From Suttonella indologenes (lineage in GTDB: Bacteria; Pseudomonadota; Gammaproteobacteria; Cardiobacteriales; Cardiobacteriaceae), in the NCBI RefSeq assembly GCF_900460215.1, contig NZ_UHIA01000003.1, positions 131,944 to 155,943 on the forward strand: a DNA stretch of 24,000 bases, written 5' to 3'. The position numbers and the translations under genes are program-made. Shown piece after piece: positions 7,214 to 13,600 of this stretch. How positions within the stretch are numbered: the stretch's first letter is position 1; every line of letters begins with the position of its first letter. The notes under the pieces are model-generated. The model was not told the DNA's origin. It searched no databases and worked only from the letters and a program-made list of their open reading frames with translations.

Positions 7214-7260
7214 TGAAAAACACATAAGCCATTCAGCGCGGTGAAGCAATCCGAATGGCT
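7214..7260 (-). terminator. candidate terminator downstream of tnaB
   Basis: The minus strand reads AGCCATTCGG..14-nt loop..CTGAATGGCT (arms 7251-7260 and 7227-7236, one mismatch), then TATGTGTTTTT. The loop is long and the T-run is offset, so this is tentative. Confidence 0.35.
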
Positions 7261-7282
7261 TTATCCTATTTAGCCTTTAAAA
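7244..7282. repeat. 39-bp direct repeat, copy 2 (genuine tnaB 3' end plus 26 bp downstream)
   Basis: AAGCAATCCGAATGGCTTTATCCTATTTAGCCTTTAAAA. It includes the tnaB stop (7270-7272) and the last three sense codons plus one base of the fourth. Confidence 0.8.
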
Positions 7283-8484
7283 GCCGGCAATAGTTCCAAC
7301 ATATTCATAAAGTGGAAAATCATTACCGCCACGCCGTAAATAATCACGGCAATGACCATGCCCGAACCGCCGACGGTTTTAAATCCGCCCGCATTCGGAT
7401 GACGTTTGCGCACTTTGCTCACTAATAAGGCGGGGATAATGCAAGCCCAAATGGTCGCCGCCGCCCCTGCATAGCCGATGGCAATGACAAAGCCGAAGGG
7501 GAAGAGCAAAGATAAAATTAAAGGCGGCACAAAAGTGAATAAACAGGTAATGAAACGTCCTTTTTTATCATCGCTGCGGTGAAAGAAATCGGCGAGAAAA
7601 TCAAATAATCCCAAGCCTACGCCGATAAAGGAAGACAGTATCGCGGCGATGGAAAAGGCGTGAATGGTTTGGGCGACGGTTTTGGATTCGATGGCATTTC
7701 CCAATGCCGCCAATAAGGCTTCTATTTCGCCGCTTTTTTCAATCACAGGGGCAAATTCCGCACGCGGCAAATTGCCGAATATGCTGACTAACCAAATGAT
7801 ATAAAAACCTAAGGCGATAGAAGTGCCGCCGATAATGGCTTTTTGCGCTTTGTGTTCGTCGCCGTAATAAATCCGCATGGAGGCGACGGAGTGATGATAG
7901 CCGAAAGAGACTAATGCCACAGGCAGCATGCCGAAGAAATACGGCAGATAGGCGCCATCGGCATTATGGCTGTCAAATAAAATATCCAGTTTAATATTTG
8001 CCGCCATGCCGGAGATGCTGAAGATAAAACTCAAGCCCATAAAAATAATCAGTATGGTGGAAATTCTATCGACCAGCCTTGTGGAATGCCAAACAACCGC
8101 GGCAAATATCAGCACAAATATTATCGACATGACTTTATTATTGATTTGCGTGAGCTGCTGCAAAATACCGCCCGAGGTCGTGATATAGGCATATAGTAAG
8201 ATGCCGCCGACAAAATATACGGAAATATCATTAATCATATTCAGTTTTTTGCCCAATAAATCATTGGTTACCGTATCGAATGAGGCATGAATATCATAAT
8301 GCTTGAATGTTTCTAATAACATCAGACCGGAAATGGTCATAATCACCATTGTTAAGATAATGGCTGCCAAAGATACCCATGTCCAAGCCCCTGCGCCGGA
8401 AGTGGGCAAGCCCAGCATGCCCGCCCCTACGCAAACACCGGCGATAATACAGGCACCGCCGAAAATAGAAGGTGTTTTTTCCAT
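7270..8484 (-). CDS. tnaB: tryptophan-specific permease (HAAAP family aromatic amino acid transporter)
   Basis: A polytopic membrane protein directly downstream of tnaA. The blocks FGYHHSV, GLGLFDFLADFF and RFITCLFTFVPPL parallel the E. coli TnaB/Mtr/TyrP family as I remember it. The start is set at the ATG at 8482-8484, with AAGGA 7 nt upstream, rather than the track's TTG at 8508. Confidence 0.85.
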   Translation of the reverse strand: MEKTPSIFGGACIIAGVCVGAGMLGLPTSGAGAWTWVSLAAIILTMVIMTISGLMLLETFKHYDIHASFDTVTNDLLGKKLNMINDISVYFVGGILLYAYITTSGGILQQLTQINNKVMSIIFVLIFAAVVWHSTRLVDRISTILIIFMGLSFIFSISGMAANIKLDILFDSHNADGAYLPYFFGMLPVALVSFGYHHSVASMRIYYGDEHKAQKAIIGGTSIALGFYIIWLVSIFGNLPRAEFAPVIEKSGEIEALLAALGNAIESKTVAQTIHAFSIAAILSSFIGVGLGLFDFLADFFHRSDDKKGRFITCLFTFVPPLILSLLFPFGFVIAIGYAGAAATIWACIIPALLVSKVRKRHPNAGGFKTVGGSGMVIAVIIYGVAVMIFHFMNMLELLPAFKG

Positions 8485-8504
8485 AGCGAAATCCTTTTTC
8501 TTAG

Positions 8505-8534
8505 ACAAAAAAGGCGCGACAAATGTCGCGCCCC
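8505..8534 (-). terminator. intercistronic terminator-like hairpin between tnaA and tnaB
   Basis: The minus strand reads GGCGCGAC-ATTT-GTCGCGCC (8513-8532) followed by TTTTTTG. It lies 9 nt after the tnaA stop and about 20 nt before the tnaB ATG. Confidence 0.4.
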
Positions 8535-8541
8535 CTTGATG

Positions 8542-9957
8542 TTAAATTTCTTTCAGTCTTGCCGTGAAATGCCGCAGGACTTTCGGCTCGTAAGTGAAGT
8601 CCAAACCGCGAATTTTAGCGACATTTTCTTTCACGCGTCCAAAGGCTTCAATGATAAAGTCCATATGGGTTTGCGTGTAGGTGGCGCGCGGAATGGTTAA
8701 GCGCAGCAATTCCGCAGGGCATGGCAGTTGCTTGCCTGTTTTCGGATCGCGTCCCAATAAGAAAGACCCGATTTCCACCGCTCGAATACCGGCTACCCGA
8801 TAGAGTTCGCAAGACAATGCCTGCGCGGGGAATTGTTCGGCAGGGATATGCGGCAGCAAGCGTCCTGCATCCACAAAAGCGGCATGTCCGCCGGGCTGCT
8901 GGCAATAAATGCCGATAGCTTCCAAACCTTCGACCAGGTACCGCACTTGGGCAATGCGGTATTCCAGCCAGTCTTGGCGCATACCGTCGCGCAGACCGAC
9001 GGCTAAACGTTCCATCGCACCGCCTTCCAAGCCGCCGTAAGTCGGGAAGCCTTCCTGCACCACGCATAAGGTGCGGCAGGCATTATATTCTTCCAGCCAT
9101 TTCTCGTCTTTAAAGCAGAGCAGACCGCCCATCGGCACCATGGCGTCTTTTTTTGCCGACATCGCCAGCATATCGGCGTATTTGTAGGATTCGTAGGTAA
9201 TTTGCTCAATCGTCCAATCGGCATATTCTTTTTCACGCTGCTGAATAAAATAAGCGTTTTCGGCAAAGCGCGCGGAATCCATGACTACCGGAATATCGTA
9301 TTTTTTCGCGATTTCATAAGCGGCTTTCATATTGGCGATAGATACGGGTTGTCCGCCGGCGGAATTGCAGGTAATCGTCAGCACGATATAAGGCACATGT
9401 TGCGGACCGATTTCCTGAATGCTTTGTTCTAATTTTTCCAAATCAAAATTGCCTTTGAAATCTTCATAGACTTTGGTATTAAAAGCATTCGGCGTATAAA
9501 CATTGCGCGCAACGCATTGATTGATTTGCGTATGCCCCTGCGTGGTATCAAAGAAATAATTGGAAATCGCGACCATTTTGCTGCGGTCGCCGCCTTTTTC
9601 GCGCAGGCATTTTTCAATCAATACGGGAATATAGACCTGCTCCGCTCCGCGACCTTGATGCGTGGGAATGGTGTATTCATAACCGAAAATCTCTTTTACC
9701 GCCTTGCACAAAGCATGATAACTGCGGCTGCCGCTATATGCCTCGTCTCCGCGCAGCATTGCCGCCTGCATGTCTTGAGTGACGGCACCTGTTCCGCTAT
9801 CGGTTAATAAATCGATGAATACGTCTTCGCTGTCTAATAAAAAAGGATTCATGCCGGCGCGTTTCAGCGCTTCTTCACGGTATTCAATGGTCGTACGTTT
9901 GACGGGTTCAATAACGCGGATGCGGAAAGGTTCTGGTAAATGTTTAAAATTGTCCAT
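8542..9957 (-). CDS. tnaA: tryptophanase (tryptophan indole-lyase)
   Basis: 471 aa. [23 protein letters not shown]...[23 protein letters not shown]...[15 protein letters not shown]...[21 protein letters not shown] is nearly collinear with E. coli TnaA as I remember it, including the PLP-lysine region SAKKD. AAGGA lies 6 nt upstream of the ATG. Confidence 0.95.
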   Translation of the reverse strand: MDNFKHLPEPFRIRVIEPVKRTTIEYREEALKRAGMNPFLLDSEDVFIDLLTDSGTGAVTQDMQAAMLRGDEAYSGSRSYHALCKAVKEIFGYEYTIPTHQGRGAEQVYIPVLIEKCLREKGGDRSKMVAISNYFFDTTQGHTQINQCVARNVYTPNAFNTKVYEDFKGNFDLEKLEQSIQEIGPQHVPYIVLTITCNSAGGQPVSIANMKAAYEIAKKYDIPVVMDSARFAENAYFIQQREKEYADWTIEQITYESYKYADMLAMSAKKDAMVPMGGLLCFKDEKWLEEYNACRTLCVVQEGFPTYGGLEGGAMERLAVGLRDGMRQDWLEYRIAQVRYLVEGLEAIGIYCQQPGGHAAFVDAGRLLPHIPAEQFPAQALSCELYRVAGIRAVEIGSFLLGRDPKTGKQLPCPAELLRLTIPRATYTQTHMDFIIEAFGRVKENVAKIRGLDFTYEPKVLRHFTARLKEI

Positions 9958-10117
9958 AGTGTATCCTTAATAATCATTCAAATATTATTTATATACTCAA
10001 AAATTTTGAATAGATTTCAGGCTTCCAAAAAATAATGGTATCCGGAGAATTTAATCAAATTTTTTGCAGAAAAGATAATGAAATCCGCAATTAAGCGAAT
10101 ACAGAAAGAATAAAAGA

Positions 10118-10216
10118 CTATGGAAAATAGAATGCCATTTTATGGTCTTGAATAAACCAAGGCAATAATACGCGATTGCGTATAAAACGCAGGAAAACTT
10201 TTATGATGGCTTTCAT
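10118..10216 (-). CDS. tnaC: tna operon leader peptide (TnaC-type, 32 aa)
   Basis: Own translation gives MKAIIKVFLRFIRNRVLLPWFIQDHKMAFYFP*. AAGGAGG lies 5 nt upstream. Trp20, Asp24 and Pro32-stop reproduce the W-x3-D-x7-P-stop spacing of E. coli TnaC (W12, D16, P24). The stop is 160 nt upstream of tnaA. It is too short for the ORF track. Confidence 0.7.
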   Translation of the reverse strand: MKAIIKVFLRFIRNRVLLPWFIQDHKMAFYFP

Positions 10217-10404
10217 AAAATCCTCCTTTGCCAAGAATGGCGGCAATCCTAGCATAAGGAGAAAACACTGTCCATAGAAAAATGTGAAAAAACGAGCTCT
10301 TTACGTTAATTTATTGCTTTTTATATGAAAACATCTAAAAAACACAAAAACTCGCTCAAATTTCCTCATGTAGACATGGGTAAAGAAGTGAAAGAACTGC
10401 GTAA

Positions 10405-10435
10405 CATCGTAGTCATTTTTAATTCTTCGACTATA
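10405..10435. repeat. orphan right-end of a Correia-like element abutting the complete copy
   Basis: CGTAGTCATTTTTAATTCTTCGACTATA resembles the right end of the full element (CGTAATATTTTTTTAATTCTTCGACTATA). It shares its terminal TATA with the next element, creating the perfect palindrome TCTTCGAC-TATA-GTCGAAGA (10424-10443). Confidence 0.55.
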
Positions 10436-10539
10436 GTCGAAGATTTGAAAAACTGGCACAAGGCGGCGAGCCGCAGGCAGTACAGAGCGTACAGCAAGGC
10501 GAACCAAATCCGTAATATTTTTTTAATTCTTCGACTATA
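10432..10539. mobile_element. Correia-like MITE (108 bp) with variant terminal inverted repeats
   Basis: TATAGTCGAAGATTTGAAAAA...TTTTTTTAATTCTTCGACTATA. The core ACAAGGCGGCGAGCCGCAGGCAGTACAGAGCGTACAGCAAGGCGA closely parallels the Neisseria Correia core (GACAAGGCGACGAAGCCGCAGACAGTACA...GTACGGCAAGGCGA) as I remember it. The termini read TATAGTCGAAGA instead of TATAGTGGATTA. Confidence 0.75.
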
Positions 10540-10545
10540 GCAAAA

Positions 10546-10572
10546 AACAGCGGAATTTATTCATCCGCTGTT
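10546..10572 (-). terminator. rho-independent terminator downstream of the giant RTX gene (bidirectional shape)
   Basis: Stem CAGCGGA (10548-10554) / TCCGCTG (10564-10570), flanked by A6 on one side and T4 on the other. On the minus strand the stem is followed by TTTTTTG. A second hairpin GCTATGC/GCATAGC at 10592-10610 lies nearer the stop. Confidence 0.7.
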
Positions 10573-10636
10573 TTGGCATTTTATTAAAGCAGCTATGCTT
10601 TCGGCATAGCATATTTTAAATATTGAAGAATGATAT

Positions 10637-13600
10637 TTACACCACAATAAAGCTGTTATTATCTAAATTCAAATTGAGTGATAATGTAGCAAAATGTATG
10701 GCATCGGTATGACCGCTTCCATCAGCGTCATAACTAAGCGCGCCGCTGGCTTTGTCATAAAATACATAGTCATTCCAGTTACTCATCGTATTATCCGTTA
10801 AGGATGCAAAGACAGATTTAGATAAGGAAATAATATCTTCGCCTACCGTGAAATCTTCAATCTTTGTAATACTACCGTCTAATTCGGTATTAAAGACAAA
10901 AGTATCTTTGCCCAAACCGCCTAATAAAATATCATTACCGCTGCGCCCTTCTAAAATATCGTCGCCATCGCGGCCTTCTAAACGATTATCTGCGCTATTG
11001 CCAATCAAATGATTGTCCTCATTATTGCCAATACCTTCAGATGCTCCGGTTAAAAGCTGCAAATCTTCAACGTGATCGCTTAAACGATAGTCAACGCTGC
11101 TCAATACTTTATCTCTGCCTTGACCGGCATATTCGATAACTTCGTCATCTTTATTATCCACAATAAAAATATCATTGCCGGCACCGCCCAGCATCACATC
11201 GGCTCCGATACCGCCATCGATGTAATCATCGCCTGCGCCGCCGTCGATACGGTCATTGCCCGCACCGCCTTCTATATGATTGGTCGCATTATTGCCAAAC
11301 AAAATGTCATTAAAGGCAGAACCTTTAAGATTCTCGATTTGCGTGTTGTAACCGATAAATACTTGATCGTCAGTAAAATCATAATCTTCCGGCACTTCTA
11401 ATGGCTGACCGTTAGAACTGCTGATAAGTTTGGCTCGATTATTGACTATTTCGGCCACAAGAAGATGATCATTAGCCGTGCGCCCTACGCCGAAATAATC
11501 GGCTTTATTGCTGGCAAAATTACGAATCACGCCGAATTTCGAACGGTCCAACTGCGCCAACCAGGTATCGAATTCATTCCAAGCCGGCAGATGTTTGCCG
11601 TTATAACTGCGCGATCCCGGCGTCAGATTCACATAAACGCCGTTTTTTTCCTGCGAGGCGTCAAAAGTATCGACACCGCCGCCGTCCCAAATATAAATAT
11701 CATTATCGGCGCTAGACTGATTAAAGGTTTTAAAGCCGTAAGTATCATTACCTTTACGTGCGTTTTGGCTCACGCCGAAGCGGTAATGCAAATAAGCCAA
11801 ATCAAAGAGCCGCAAATCTTGGCTGCCCACGAAATCATGGGCGCTTTCGTAAGATAGCAGCGTTACTCCCAGGCTTTCATCTTCAGAGAATTCCAGAGGG
11901 GTTTTATATGGCGTAGAATTTTCAGGAAAACCTCTAAAAGGATGCGTCATACCGAAAGTGTGCATCAGTTCATGCGCTACTGTGACCCAACCGTCTTTAG
12001 AATTCAGACTGCCCTGCCGAATAACATTATTATCTCCATCTCTTCCGACGATGCGACCGTTATCGCCATAGACTTCATTACTGATAACGACATCTCCGCC
12101 GAAAGTGGCAAAGCCTAAAGTAGCTCCTTTTGAAATATCGCCATTATTCAAATTCACGAGATAAAAACCGAAATCCGCATCTCGGACATACGGCTTCTCA
12201 ACGAATTTCACGTCAATATAATCTTCAAAGGTTTTTAGCACTTCGCGAACAATCGCTTGATTGCCGGCGGTAAAACGGGTATTGGTTTCCGATTTATTAT
12301 TCACCTTAACGCTGTCTCCATAGCTGCCGAAACTATAGCTAATTATTTTAGTACCGTTTGGATTACCGAATTCATATTTTTCTAAACGTTCTCCAATCGC
12401 ATAACGATAACCGTAACTCTCTTTGTAATGCTCGATATCCAATACCTGCATAAAATAAGGCAAATCATTAAAATGTTTTAAGCGACCGCTATGATGTTGC
12501 ATAGCGCCATTAGCGGCAGAGGCGAGAGCCGCATACTCAGAACTGCTTACGGTAACGGTTTCGCCTGCGGCATTTTGCGATTCGACAGTCGCTTGGATTT
12601 TAGCCAAACCTTTCTCTCCCCGGCCTTGCAAATCCGCCGTGTCGATTTTCGCCGTAAAACTCAAATCATTATTGACTTGGGCCTTGTAAGTATTACCGGC
12701 AATGACCAGATTAACGTTATCGCTTGCTTTTACCGCCGCACCGCTGATTTTTCCATGCACCTCGGTATAAAGACTCTCTTTTAAAGCCGCGCTGTTAATC
12801 CGATAACCGTTTTGAGCATCACCGGTTAAATAAACATTTTTTTCCAGATGGATATTAGTATTATCTTCGGTTAGCTCACCTGCCGTTTTCAAATTAGCGA
12901 CTTTTGAATAACCGGAATAATAACTTTCCTCTAAATTATAATATTTATCTGCCGCCTCAATGGAATAAGAAATTTTTTTGCCATTTGCCGCAATCAAATC
13001 CTCGGCTTTTATATCGGCAAAGAAAGTTTGGTTTTCTTCATTAATACCTGCTTCGTATTTTTTATCGCCGATATTCAATGTAATCGATTTAATCCTTCCG
13101 ATATTGCGCCCAATTGAGAACTGCTGATCAAAGACTTCCAGCGTTCCGTTTATCCGCACCACATTCTCGCCATTGCTAAAGCCGATAATACCCTTACCGT
13201 CTTTGCCAATTGAAAGAATCTCGATTTTTGCCTGCGCATTATCGGCAACGGTAAATACTTTTTCACCGGTGACTAAGGCGCCGTCGACCTGTGCGCGCAG
13301 GCTGCCGGCGCCCGCCTCGGCAAAAGCGCTGCCATTGATATGGCTTGTAAAGCGTCCGCCTGCTTCTACGGTTGCCGTCACGCTCTGCTTACCTACGATT
13401 AAGCTGATTTTCTCGCCTTCTTGGGCATTGCTGATCGTGCCGCTCAATGTGATATTTTGTTTTGCTTCATGAGCATTGATAAAGTTGTCGCCTGTAATAT
13501 CATCAAATGCTACATTTAACGTTCTGCCCGGTATTTCAATATGATAGCTTTTCGCCGTACTTCTTACCTCACGGCTGTTACCGGCCTGATCATGGGCCTC

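Noticed and set aside
8485-8508. TTG-initiated extension of tnaB (MSKKKDFA...).
   Set aside because: It overlaps the intercistronic hairpin's U-tract. An AAGGA RBS serves the downstream ATG at 8482-8484.
10261-10300. A CRP-like half-site TGTGA upstream of tnaC; the tna operon is CAP-dependent in E. coli.
   Set aside because: Only one half-site is present. The TCACA partner at 6-nt spacing is missing, so no call was made.
10301-10540. ORFs 10301-10507 (minus, 68 aa) and 10325-10540 (plus, 71 aa).
   Set aside because: They overlap each other, are built largely from the Correia-like MITE and its palindrome, and have no RBS or recognisable product.
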